A DNA stretch of 42,884 bases from a virus. Under the pieces are notes generated by a model. It was not told the DNA's origin. It saw only the letters and a program-made list of their open reading frames with translations, and made no database searches. The number at the start of each line of letters is the position of its first letter. The first letter of the stretch is position 1. The DNA lies in the IMG/VR virus record IMGVR_UViG_3300050011_000099, one strand, 5' to 3'. The translations under genes and the position numbers were made by a program. Shown one piece after another: positions 14,519-23,254 of the stretch.

Positions 14519-16737
14519 CAGCAGGTAATCGCCGTCGCGGTCCACGCCGCCGTAGTACCAGTCGTAACGGCGATGTACCAACCTGCCGGGAGACGAACGG
14601 TATAGAGGTCTCCTATGGCCGCAGCCAATCCGTTGACAATCACCGTTGCTACCCCAGACGTTGGCCCTATGGCCACGGTCAAAGTCCCGGCGGTTCCCAC
14701 GGCGATGTAGAGCATTGCGTCGGCTATGGTCTGGGCTAATTGCGCCGCTGCTCCGAGGGTTGGAGTAGCGACCGCCGCAGAACCAGAAGTGTTGCTGTTG
14801 GAATACCGCCAAAGTCCAGTCGCCCCGTTGAAGATGAAGTTGAGAGTCAGGGGCAACGTGGTTGAACCCGCGGATTGAACGGGGGGGCCGTTTTCGGTGT
14901 TGGTCCACGACAGGGTTTGGGGGACGTTACTAAAGTCGTAGATTCTAAGAGTGAGCGGTTGCCCGTCTCTCGCCCCGGCGACCGAGAGACTGAGCGACAT
15001 GATCGAAGCGGCGTAGTTGGTTACCGAGACGTTGCCGTAGGTCGCCTGGACCAACAGGTACGTGGAGGTCATCACCTGGGCGAGCATGTACTTCATGCCG
15101 TTGAACGTCACAGAGTTGGCGTTCGATGGCGAGCCGATCAGAGAGTCGGGCGTCAAGAACGTTCCTGCGGTGCTTCCGGCGATTCTCACGTCATTGCGAG
15201 TGGCGATATTGACAGTGCGAAGCACGTACGAGGCAGCCCCATTGCCACCAATGGCGATGTCACAGATCGCGCCGCTGCAACCGTCTAAGACCAGATCAGC
15301 GTAGTTGTAGGCGTTGGTGGTGTTGACCGCCACCGCGGCGTTGGTGCCGTTCGAGACGTTGACGAAGTTGCTCTTGAACGAGCAACCGCTAATGGTCACC
15401 CCGCCGCCAGTAGCAGAGCCACCAAATCCCTTTAGATAGAAATTAGACGCACTGTTTTCTTGACAGTCCCATTGCGCCGTAATTTCACCCGAGTTGGAAT
15501 CTAGATAAATTCCCGTCCCCCACGCCTGGGGGCTGGTAGCGGGAAGAACCACGAAGTTGGTCGAGTCGAGGCTCGGTTGGGTGGTGGACGATGCAAGAGA
15601 ATTGATCGCTTGGCATATCTTGGTCGCAGCCTGGTCGTAGATCAACTGACCCGCGTAGACCGCCATGCCACTAATCCAAATGGCGTTAAAACCGTTGTTG
15701 TACGACTTGTTGGCTGCCCCTTGGCCAGAGCCGTGATTGAAGTAGCCGCCCCCAACACCATTAAATCCTGACTGGCAGTTAGAGAATTGAGTGTCGAACG
15801 AAGGGGTGATTCCGTTGCCCAAGTTATAAAGAAAATCACAGTCTGCGAAACTCGTGCCTGAGCGGCCGTTGGCGTAGAGTCCGTCGCCAGTGCAGGAACG
15901 CACGTAGACGTTGCGGTAGTAGCACTTCGGGTCGAAGTCAGGGTCGCCGGTGCCGGTCGAAGTGAGCGGGTTGGTCTGCGCATTGATGCCGTAGTGGTAA
16001 CCACCCAAAGTCTGCTCTCCGTTGTTGCCGTGGATACACAAGTCTTGGGCGCCGGAAAAAAACGCATTACGGAGCGTGCTCGCGGTTACCCCTAGCAACG
16101 AGGATTGGCTTGAACTGTTGTATTGCATGTGCTGGAGAACATCGCAATTCGCGCCAGCCTGAATTTCAAGCGCCGTCGCGTACTTGCCCTGACCGATGAG
16201 GTTGACTTGCGGGGGGAGAATCAGCGTCTTTGAGGTTCCGATGTATCCGGCGGGCAAAATAATCTTGTACCCCGCTCCGGTCGATGCGCTGATGTACCAA
16301 CACAGCATCATCAGCCCTTGAAGGGCACCCCAGTTGTCCGTCACAGCGTTGTCTCCGACTACGCCAAAATCGGTAGCGTGGAACACGTCCCTTGAGCCGA
16401 TATTGATGTAGTCAACCGAACTGATGAATGGCTGTCCCGTGGTCCCCGCGCCAGTCGTGACGGTCGTGGTGAAATAGATGAGGCGCCCGTAATAGATGAC
16501 TAAATCCCCGCGGTTGTAAGTCGTCGAGTAGGCAATCGGGCCGCGAGAGTTAAAGGTCGTGGCGAACTTTGGTGCCGTAGTCGTCCCGATAAAGGTTTGG
16601 ACGGCCACCATGGCATCATTGGCGTCGGTATGTTGTCCCGAGTGAGATGGAGAGTTCATCGGCTCGTTCGGTGTCGGGTCGGTGAACGAATCTATTGCGC
16701 CAGGAAAGTCAGTCGCCACTAGGTCACCACCATGCAA
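14518..16737 (-). CDS. Tailspike or depolymerase with a right-handed beta-helix of the pectate-lyase superfamily.
   Basis: FHATDFGVVGDNAVTDNWGALQGLM matches the DFGA-GDG-TDD-AIQ entry motif of pectate_lyase_3-type spikes. The body is Gly/Asn-rich and repetitive. The N-terminal FPGAIDSF..AMVAVQTFIG motif is also present. An alternative GTG start lies at 16719. Confidence 0.7.
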   Translation of the reverse strand: MHGGDLVATDFPGAIDSFTDPTPNEPMNSPSHSGQHTDANDAMVAVQTFIGTTTAPKFATTFNSRGPIAYSTTYNRGDLVIYYGRLIYFTTTVTTGAGTTGQPFISSVDYINIGSRDVFHATDFGVVGDNAVTDNWGALQGLMMLCWYISASTGAGYKIILPAGYIGTSKTLILPPQVNLIGQGKYATALEIQAGANCDVLQHMQYNSSSQSSLLGVTASTLRNAFFSGAQDLCIHGNNGEQTLGGYHYGINAQTNPLTSTGTGDPDFDPKCYYRNVYVRSCTGDGLYANGRSGTSFADCDFLYNLGNGITPSFDTQFSNCQSGFNGVGGGYFNHGSGQGAANKSYNNGFNAIWISGMAVYAGQLIYDQAATKICQAINSLASSTTQPSLDSTNFVVLPATSPQAWGTGIYLDSNSGEITAQWDCQENSASNFYLKGFGGSATGGGVTISGCSFKSNFVNVSNGTNAAVAVNTTNAYNYADLVLDGCSGAICDIAIGGNGAASYVLRTVNIATRNDVRIAGSTAGTFLTPDSLIGSPSNANSVTFNGMKYMLAQVMTSTYLLVQATYGNVSVTNYAASIMSLSLSVAGARDGQPLTLRIYDFSNVPQTLSWTNTENGPPVQSAGSTTLPLTLNFIFNGATGLWRYSNSNTSGSAAVATPTLGAAAQLAQTIADAMLYIAVGTAGTLTVAIGPTSGVATVIVNGLAAAIGDLYTVRLPAGWYIAVTTGTTAAWTATAITC

Positions 16738-17210
16738 TCGCCGTAGCCGATGCCAAATTCCGTGTAATCAGTGAGAAGCGTGGCTACGTCCTCGCTCACG
16801 GGATAGGTCGATGCGCCGTAAAAGTTCATCACGGGATAGACAGCGTGCGAGACCGTGTGGGCTGAAGGTATCTGAGGATTAACTCCAGAGTCAATGAAGT
16901 ACGAAGTCACGTACGGCGCAGCAGCGTTATTCACATCCCACGGATAAACCCCAGACATGTCGGTGTTGGAATTTTCAGGCGTAGCGGTGTCCTGAACCAC
17001 GCTGCCGTCCGACATAATCCACACGTTCACTCCACGGTATCTGTTCTCGAAGTGAAGCCAGAGAGACTTTTGTAATTCAGTGGAATCGGGAAGAAACGGA
17101 GGGCGGTCTTTCACCAGCGGCGGCGTGAACAAATACGTAGTCGTGACGGCGATGTCGTCGTAGGTAGTTGTGGAATCGTAGGTGGTGGTGGAGTCATAGA
17201 GAAGTGTCAC
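16719..17210 (-). CDS. Hypothetical virion-module protein (163 aa) with an N-terminal YDSTTT x2 repeat.
   Basis: An ORF in the gene train with an ATGA overlap at 17207-17210. Confidence 0.65.
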   Translation of the reverse strand: MTLLYDSTTTYDSTTTYDDIAVTTTYLFTPPLVKDRPPFLPDSTELQKSLWLHFENRYRGVNVWIMSDGSVVQDTATPENSNTDMSGVYPWDVNNAAAPYVTSYFIDSGVNPQIPSAHTVSHAVYPVMNFYGASTYPVSEDVATLLTDYTEFGIGYGDCMVVT

Positions 17211-17866
17211 TTCATCGCCTCCGTCACTCCGCCCACATCCATCATCCGGTGGTGATCGACTATCCCGTGGACATGCGGTTCAAACCCGGCTTCTCGCAAG
17301 GTCTTGCCTAGCCCGGTGGAGACGTGATGCCAGTCGCGGAATCGCCATTCAAGGTCAATGAGAGCGTTAGGAACCGCGTCGATTATCTCCCTACGGAATC
17401 TCGTGCAACCCAAGATTCCATAGTGCCACGCTTCGGCGTCTTCGTCACTGAAGTTGCTGTAGCGAAATGTGCACCACGCCTCCGGGCAGAGATAGAACTC
17501 GTAAAAGACTTTCCGGTTCGCTCGTACGTCGTGTTCGATAATGGTGAAGTAATCGCTCCACCAGTCACATAGCGCTCTCCAGTAGTCGTAGGGGGAGTGC
17601 GAGACATCAATCCACGAGGCGTCCATCCCGTCCAATCCCTGCTCCGTGAAAGGGTGCTTGACGGTGTAAGGCACCAAGACGTTGCCTTCGCGTTCGCACA
17701 CCTTCACGTACTCGCGCGGCTCGTCTTTCACTAACGTCATGGAACTGTTGCCTATCTCGTCTTTGATGACTTCAAGATACTCGCCATTAGGGAGTAAATC
17801 GAAGTGGCTCTCCGTGACCAGGAACGGTCCCCGTCGCTCTCCTATCTCATAGAACGCTTGGGCCAT
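17207..17866 (-). CDS. Hypothetical protein, possibly a GT-A-like glycosyltransferase (219 aa).
   Basis: The ATG at 17866 lies 13 nt after the upstream stop. The longer ORF to 18145 overlaps the upstream gene out of frame. IIEHDV and ILGCTRFRREIIDAV resemble the acidic motif and G-x-x-x-x-RR-E segment of GT2-type enzymes. This is a weak call by eye. Confidence 0.35.
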   Translation of the reverse strand: MAQAFYEIGERRGPFLVTESHFDLLPNGEYLEVIKDEIGNSSMTLVKDEPREYVKVCEREGNVLVPYTVKHPFTEQGLDGMDASWIDVSHSPYDYWRALCDWWSDYFTIIEHDVRANRKVFYEFYLCPEAWCTFRYSNFSDEDAEAWHYGILGCTRFRREIIDAVPNALIDLEWRFRDWHHVSTGLGKTLREAGFEPHVHGIVDHHRMMDVGGVTEAMK

Positions 17867-17879
17867 CTGCGCCCCATTT

Positions 17880-18536
17880 CTAGGATAGGTAAATGAGAGG
17901 CGCTGCGGCGGCGGCGGTGGGCGTCGTGAACGTAGAGCCAACGGCCAGAACAGTTGTCTGACCCGTGGCGCACGGCCCGGAGTTGAATGGCGGGACGTTG
18001 CCGCGTCCGTGAGAACCCAACGTCGTTGCCGCAGCGAACGTCGGTCCCGTAGTCCCGGCGATGCAGAAGAAAATCCAATACTGCCCAGCCGTTGGAACGG
18101 TGTAGGGGGCAGCGAAGGCAAAGGTCTGCACCGCATCAGCAGCAACCACCGCAGTCAGCGTGTCTGCGGTAACAGCCAAAACCTTGGAAGTCGTTGCTAC
18201 CGACGCAATTCCGGCCCACTGGTGGGTGGGCGTCGAGGTCGCGGTGACGGCATTGATGAGGCTGACGTTGTTGAGGATGAAACCTGCGGGCAAGGTCATA
18301 ATCGAAGCGAACACGGTCCCTGCGGTAGCGGTGAGTGACGAGGTTGCGAGTTCGTCCGGGAACGTCTGGGCCGTGACACCAGTGAGTGCCGAAGGCCCGG
18401 TGTATCCACCATAGAACGCCTGCATGGCCATGACCGCTGGCCCGATGTTAGGGTCGTACGCCCTGTTGAGCGTGTCGAGGGCGCCCGGAAAGACCGAACC
18501 CGCGTTACCACCCGTGACCTGATCTTCTGTTGCCAT
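17880..18536 (-). CDS. Virion protein (218 aa) carrying the tail-fibre-type N-terminal FPGALDTL motif.
   Basis: The ATG at 18536 follows AAAGGAG at 8-nt spacing. FPGALDTL..AVMAMQAFYG parallels FPGAIDSF..AMVAVQTFIG of the tailspike. Confidence 0.6.
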   Translation of the reverse strand: MATEDQVTGGNAGSVFPGALDTLNRAYDPNIGPAVMAMQAFYGGYTGPSALTGVTAQTFPDELATSSLTATAGTVFASIMTLPAGFILNNVSLINAVTATSTPTHQWAGIASVATTSKVLAVTADTLTAVVAADAVQTFAFAAPYTVPTAGQYWIFFCIAGTTGPTFAAATTLGSHGRGNVPPFNSGPCATGQTTVLAVGSTFTTPTAAAAAPLIYLS

Positions 18537-18538
18537 TT

Positions 18539-18799
18539 CTATTCTCCTTTTGTGACTTTGATTTCGGGCACCAATGGCGCGTTGATACCACCTGCGGGAG
18601 CATTTACTCCCCACACGGGGTCTGAAACAAGGTTCTGCGGGGTCATTATCTGGGACGTGAAGTTATCCATCTTGTGTCCGCCAATGCTGGTATCAGCATC
18701 AGCGTAAGGGCGTGCGTCTCCGGCAGTTGGGGTGTAGCCCGCCTGGTCCGCTCCACCAGATTCTGGCTCTCTCGCGGCGCTCGCTGGGGCCGTCATCAC
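18539..18799 (-). CDS. Hypothetical small virion-module protein (86 aa).
   Basis: ATGA overlap with the upstream gene. Confidence 0.55.
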   Translation of the reverse strand: MMTAPASAAREPESGGADQAGYTPTAGDARPYADADTSIGGHKMDNFTSQIMTPQNLVSDPVWGVNAPAGGINAPLVPEIKVTKGE

Positions 18800-19236
18800 A
18801 TACCGTCGTGATCTGTGTCGGGCCCGGTATCGCCGTCACCGTCTTGGTCACCGTTTGCCGGGTAATGCTCACCGAACTTGGTGAAACTTCCAACCTGAGG
18901 CCAGTCGGGCACTACGTCATGCGCGGTACGCTGCGCGACCTGCCAGCCATCGGGAGCCTCTCCGTCAACGTCGCCCAGTTGGTCCTGGGGAGCGTTGAAG
19001 ACTTCACCCCTCGGGACTTCAGAGCCGAAGGTCTGGGTAATTACAGGTTCTCCGAATTGACTCGGAGCGTCGATTGAGGTGTTGGGTTCAATCCCACGCA
19101 GGTTATCAGTCGGCCCAGGGTTGGTAGCGGAAGTCTCGGGAAGATTCACCCCGTACCCGTCTTTGCCCCTGGAGCCTTCAACGTCCATTGGTGACAACGG
19201 GCTGACGCCTACCTGTCGGGCTGCTGCTAAATCCAT
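18796..19236 (-). CDS. Hypothetical acidic virion-module protein (146 aa).
   Basis: An ORF in the coupled train. Confidence 0.6.
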   Translation of the reverse strand: MDLAAARQVGVSPLSPMDVEGSRGKDGYGVNLPETSATNPGPTDNLRGIEPNTSIDAPSQFGEPVITQTFGSEVPRGEVFNAPQDQLGDVDGEAPDGWQVAQRTAHDVVPDWPQVGSFTKFGEHYPANGDQDGDGDTGPDTDHDGM

Positions 19237-19484
19237 GGAATCGTCCTCTCAGGATTGATTTCTCCATCCATCCTACCTTCAGCAATAATCCCGTGGTCGA
19301 ATGCCGCGTCATTGGCTGCGGCCCTTACTGGGCGAGGAGGTAATGGGACCTCTTCTTGACCGGCGATCATGAGTAAATCGGGCTTTAAGCCCAGCCCTGA
19401 TTGGGCACCCGACCACGGAACCTCTGCGGGAAGACGTGAACCCGTCGTCTCGGTGTTAAGTACTACGTCTGCTTCGTCAGCCAT
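19227..19484 (-). CDS. Hypothetical protein (85 aa).
   Basis: An ORF in the coupled train, with overlaps at both ends. Confidence 0.55.
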   Translation of the reverse strand: MADEADVVLNTETTGSRLPAEVPWSGAQSGLGLKPDLLMIAGQEEVPLPPRPVRAAANDAAFDHGIIAEGRMDGEINPERTIPWI

Positions 19485-19746
19485 GAATTACCTCTTTCTT
19501 GCAACGTGAACAGCGCCAATCGGCGGGGCTAGCAGCTACGCCCCATCTGTGAATCCCAAGAAAACAACGAAGCCGAGAAGATTTCTTAAAGGCCCATCGT
19601 TCGTAGCGGCGAATGAACCACGAAAGTTTCTTGTCTCTCGACATTCCTATCGGTTCGGGAGCGTCGTTAATCACTTTGCGCAACTCGTCTTGGGATTTGC
19701 AAGCATTGATTTTTGCAGCAAGGTCAATCAAGTCAGCGTCAGCCAT
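19477..19746 (-). CDS. Hypothetical protein (89 aa) with a C-terminal CxxC.
   Basis: An ORF in the coupled train. The motif is WRCSRCKKE. Confidence 0.6.
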   Translation of the reverse strand: MADADLIDLAAKINACKSQDELRKVINDAPEPIGMSRDKKLSWFIRRYERWAFKKSSRLRCFLGIHRWGVAASPADWRCSRCKKEVIHG

Positions 19747-20227
19747 TGGCGATTGCCTCGATTTCTGCTACTTGTTCGGGGGTGAGTTTGGTCAGGTCAA
19801 TGCTCGTGGGAACGGGCTCAGAATCGGCTTCTGGGGCCGTCTCAACCGCACCTGCGGCCTCAACCGCTTCGGGCGTCAATGTCGCTAAGTGCGAACCATC
19901 TTCGTCGGGAACTTCCTGAACCGAGGAATCGCCGGTCTCTCCAGAGACATCGAAGGTTCCGGTGGTCCCGGTGAACTCTGCGGGGGGTCGGTCTTCGTCG
20001 CCTGGACGGTCGCGACGATTGAAGTCGTTGGGTTCTGCCTCTTGGATGTCCTTGCTCAGTTCAGGGACAGGAAAGCCCATGACCGAGAGTTCCGCGTTCT
20101 GGGCAACCGGGGTAACGACTTGACCCGTCTCGATGCTCGTGAGTGAGCCACAGGCGAGACATTGAAAGTTAGCAATGTCCGCTGCGAGTAAATCAGCCCT
20201 GCCACAGTTGGCACATTTTTCAGCCAT
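19739..20227 (-). CDS. Zn-ribbon protein with a long acidic tail (162 aa), immediately after the capsid gene.
   Basis: The ribbon is CANCG..(15)..CLACG. The RBS AAGGAG precedes the ATG. Confidence 0.65.
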   Translation of the reverse strand: MAEKCANCGRADLLAADIANFQCLACGSLTSIETGQVVTPVAQNAELSVMGFPVPELSKDIQEAEPNDFNRRDRPGDEDRPPAEFTGTTGTFDVSGETGDSSVQEVPDEDGSHLATLTPEAVEAAGAVETAPEADSEPVPTSIDLTKLTPEQVAEIEAIANG

Positions 20228-20245
20228 GTAAACTCCTTGGTCTTA

Positions 20246-20274
20246 GGTCGGGAGAGTTTTTACCCCTCCCGACC
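20246..20274 (-). other. GC-rich stem-loop between the capsid gene stop and the next RBS.
   Basis: ggtcgggag (20246-20254) pairs with ctcccgacc (20266-20274). No U-tract follows on the minus strand. Confidence 0.4.
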
Positions 20275-20284
20275 AGGACAAACG

Positions 20285-21295
20285 TTACAGGTCCTCCGTG
20301 GGCGTGTCAACGCCAGCGGTCGTGTTTTGACCAATCGAACTAGCGGATTCTTGACGCCAAATGGAAGCGGAACGGAACACCCCATAGGCGCCCATCCATT
20401 TAAATCCAAGCGGCTGGAAGCGGCGGAGGTAGTCAGTGATCGGGCCCATGACGATGACCGGGTGAGGGCCGTTGCCATCCTTCATTGCCCACACCTTGGC
20501 CAAGGCTTGACGACCTAGGAACAGGGTGCCGTAGACATCGGTGTCGGTGGTCGAAGACCCGGCGTCCGCGAACAGCGGAGCCGTTGGGGTCTCGATGAAC
20601 CTCGCACCAGCGAAGGCGCCGATTTCACCACGGAACACTTCCTCGGGAGCCGAGTAGATGTGCGGGGCGATGAGCGCCTGGTTACCCGACTCTTGCCAGA
20701 GGTCGAAGGACACGTCCGGGTGGATGAAGGTGAGGTAGTACCCACCGTATCCAGGGACGTTGTTGCGCTTCAGGGCCGCCACGTTGTAGCGGATGTCGTA
20801 GGCACGCATCGTGTCCAGTGGGGTGATCTGGTTCCTCGCGGTCGGCGGCTGTCCGGCCGTGCCGACAGTGACGCCAGGACCAGCGGAGTAGTTCACGTTC
20901 GAACCGCCCTGAAGCTGAATCTTCGCCACTTCGTCAACGGTTCGTCCGGCCCAGTAACCAACGGCGTTGGCCTGTACTTCGTCAATGGAGACAAAGGACT
21001 GTGCGCGAACGTCAGCCGTGGTGATGGTGCCACCACCATACTCAGCCAGAGTCAGGGTGACTTGGCTAGAGGTGAGGGCTACCGGCGTGATGTCGGTTGA
21101 CTCATTGAGCGAGGTCGTTGCCAGCGCAAGGTCGTTCTGGACGTTAAAGACAACGCTAGAACCGGCCATTGACTGGTTGGTGGGCTTGATGTCCGCCACT
21201 TGGTCGAAGTACAACTCCGGTCGAAGGGCGTAGTAGGCCAGCATGTCGTACGCAGTCTGTACGTAGTCAACTGTCCCCGTGGTGGTATATGCCAT
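20285..21295 (-). CDS. Major capsid protein, HK97-fold, resembling the N4 gp56-type family.
   Basis: The 336-aa ORF lies directly after the scaffold gene. The TAYDMLAYYALRPELYFDQVA N-terminus, EYGG, IHPDVSFDL and GEIGAFAGARFIETP segments match my memory of that capsid family. Confidence 0.8.
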   Translation of the reverse strand: MAYTTTGTVDYVQTAYDMLAYYALRPELYFDQVADIKPTNQSMAGSSVVFNVQNDLALATTSLNESTDITPVALTSSQVTLTLAEYGGGTITTADVRAQSFVSIDEVQANAVGYWAGRTVDEVAKIQLQGGSNVNYSAGPGVTVGTAGQPPTARNQITPLDTMRAYDIRYNVAALKRNNVPGYGGYYLTFIHPDVSFDLWQESGNQALIAPHIYSAPEEVFRGEIGAFAGARFIETPTAPLFADAGSSTTDTDVYGTLFLGRQALAKVWAMKDGNGPHPVIVMGPITDYLRRFQPLGFKWMGAYGVFRSASIWRQESASSIGQNTTAGVDTPTEDL

Positions 21296-21320
21296 GTATT
21301 AAGGGCCTCCTAGCCCCGAA

Positions 21321-21812
21321 TTAAATCGGTTCGGGCCAGACTCCAACGAGACCATCCCGGTTCTTGAAACCCGGCTGACCTACGACTTCACCAATAATTC
21401 CCATCAACTCCTGCTTGGACTTGGCGTTCCTCATGGCAATTGCGAGGTCAACATCACCTGATGCGGCTGGCGCTCCACCACCTGCGTTAAGAATCTGCCT
21501 CTGAGCAGCGATTTCCTCAGCCGAAGGGCCTTGGTTCTCTGCTTGAACTGCGACGATTCCGTACTTCTCGGCGTACGCCTTGATGTTCTCGGCGTCCATT
21601 GGACCGTCGTAATTCTCAAAGACAACTTCTCGTGCGGGGTGATTCGGAACTCCTGCTGCGACAACTACGTCCATCTTCTCCCGCTTCGCATTGAGCAAAG
21701 TGGCGGCTTCTAAGTCTCTGGCGGCCTTGCGCCCTTGACGAAGTTGAGCCTGGATTGAAGGGGACAGTTGCTGTTCTTCTGGTGATAGTTGTTCTTCGTT
21801 CTGATCTGACAT
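21321..21812 (-). CDS. Scaffolding protein (163 aa).
   Basis: The ATG at 21812 follows AAAGGAG. The protein is acidic and helical (MSDQNEEQLSPEEQQLSP...) and lies immediately upstream of the capsid gene. Confidence 0.6.
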   Translation of the reverse strand: MSDQNEEQLSPEEQQLSPSIQAQLRQGRKAARDLEAATLLNAKREKMDVVVAAGVPNHPAREVVFENYDGPMDAENIKAYAEKYGIVAVQAENQGPSAEEIAAQRQILNAGGGAPAASGDVDLAIAMRNAKSKQELMGIIGEVVGQPGFKNRDGLVGVWPEPI

Positions 21813-21984
21813 TTCAAATTCTCCTTTGGGTACGCGCCATCGTCGGAGTAACGACGCGGGATAGCCGAACATGGCTTCACATGCGAACAACTCGCGAACT
21901 TGACGTGGCATGGATTGTCAAGCCGGAATCGCACCGCACCTAGGTCAAACTATGACGCCAAGGCAACAGACATGCTTGGTGAGA

Positions 21985-22013
21985 ATTACAGCATGGTTAT
22001 TTAGAAAAGTCAA
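21985..22013 (-). promoter_or_regulatory. Candidate sigma70-type promoter TTGACT-17-TGTAAT, upstream of the scaffold and capsid genes.
   Basis: On the minus strand, TTGACT lies at 22013-22008 and TGTAAT at 21990-21985. This is the only gap of about 200 bp in the structural train. Confidence 0.35.
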
Positions 22014-22018
22014 GCACC

Positions 22019-23254
22019 CTAACTTGTGCCGAAGCCCGCGCCCGCTACGCCGCCTTGATCGGAGGCGAATCCGCCGCCGCCTTCTGACGGAGCAGCGCGA
22101 GTCTGCGCGGCGCGTTGCGTCGCTTGTAGGGCTTGAGCGTTACCTTCACCAGCGGCTAAGAGTTGTTGCTGGCTCACAACGCCAGGACCATTGGCCGCGG
22201 TTCCAAGTTGCGCCTGCTCAAAACCCGAGGCAGCCATGACGCCCAAACTCGCGAGACCTGAACCCGGAGAGGACGAGAAGAAGTTGGCGGCCTGCTCGGG
22301 AGACAACTGGTTCTGTCCCGAGTTAGAGAGGAAGGCTTGCAGGGCGTACGCCTGGGATTGTCCGATTTCCCCGAATCCCGTAGTCACCCCTTCGCCACCG
22401 GCCACCGCGGAGTTGAACTGTTGCTGCAACGTGTTGATGGTGTTGGCTGGGTTGAGGTAATAGGAAGCCAGTTGGCCGGTGGAAAGTCCTTGGGTATAGC
22501 CGTAGTTCTGTAATTCAGCCTGAATCTGAGGCTGAGCGTTTATCGCGTTGGTGTATTCCGTAGTGATTCGGTCACTCATCTCGGAAGTAGATACGTCCCC
22601 GGCCCAGGCGTTTCCGATGTCTTGGGAAGTAAGAGTTCCCGGAACCAATCCCGCGGTTTCGGCCATGGCCTGAAGTTGCTGGCGATAGGCCATGTAGCCC
22701 GCAATCCCCGCTCCGGTATTGGCGTCAGTGTTGGTGTAACCATTGGTTATGCGCTGGTTGTAGCCCGGCATAATGGCGTCGAAGCCCGGCGCGTTGTTGA
22801 TGGTCGCGCCAATCTGGGTCTGGATATCGCCCGCCGTCATGCCTTGACCGGCCAGCAGGGTGATCTGGGAATTGACCCAACCAGCGAGTGAACCCAGGCC
22901 GAAGGTCTGCATCTGCGCGTCAACGGTTGCCGTGGCTGATTGGGCGCTGGAGGTGTAGTTCGATCCAACGGTCCCCGGAATAACTGAACTCGTGCCGTCC
23001 GACATAATCTCGGTAACGGTGCCATCGGGACCGGTGGTGGTGGAAACTACCGTGGGCGCGGCGAGGGTCGGGGCTGGTCCAGCGGGAGCCGGAGCAGCGG
23101 GAGCCGGAGCAGGGACCTTTTTGTCAGCGGCCACGCGATCAGATAAAGCCTCTACCGCGGCGGTGGTTGCTGGGGTCGGGTTCGCCTTCGCGGCGGCCTG
23201 GCGTACTTTAAGTTCAGCCTCGGCCGTTGAGAGAGCAGTAGAGATATCAGTCAT
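22019..23254 (-). CDS. Low-complexity virion protein (411 aa). Putative internal or ejection protein.
   Basis: The ATG at 23254 forms an ATGA overlap. A PAPAPAAPAPAGPAP linker is followed by a Q/N/T/G/A-rich body. Confidence 0.55.
   Translation of the reverse strand: MTDISTALSTAEAELKVRQAAAKANPTPATTAAVEALSDRVAADKKVPAPAPAAPAPAGPAPTLAAPTVVSTTTGPDGTVTEIMSDGTSSVIPGTVGSNYTSSAQSATATVDAQMQTFGLGSLAGWVNSQITLLAGQGMTAGDIQTQIGATINNAPGFDAIMPGYNQRITNGYTNTDANTGAGIAGYMAYRQQLQAMAETAGLVPGTLTSQDIGNAWAGDVSTSEMSDRITTEYTNAINAQPQIQAELQNYGYTQGLSTGQLASYYLNPANTINTLQQQFNSAVAGGEGVTTGFGEIGQSQAYALQAFLSNSGQNQLSPEQAANFFSSSPGSGLASLGVMAASGFEQAQLGTAANGPGVVSQQQLLAAGEGNAQALQATQRAAQTRAAPSEGGGGFASDQGGVAGAGFGTS

Noticed and set aside
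14519-14908. N-terminal 130-aa extension of the fibre ORF (the 489-aa version).
   Set aside because: It overlaps the tailspike C-terminus out of frame and is Arg/Gly-rich junk. The ATG at 14518 gives an ATGA overlap and the domain shared with the 930-aa protein.
17867-18145. N-terminal extension of the 312-aa ORF.
   Set aside because: It overlaps 17880..18536 out of frame and is Pro/Arg-rich. The internal ATG at 17866 sits just after the upstream stop.
21813-21911. N-terminal extension of the scaffold ORF.
   Set aside because: The internal ATG at 21812 has a strong AAAGGAG RBS, and the extension has none.
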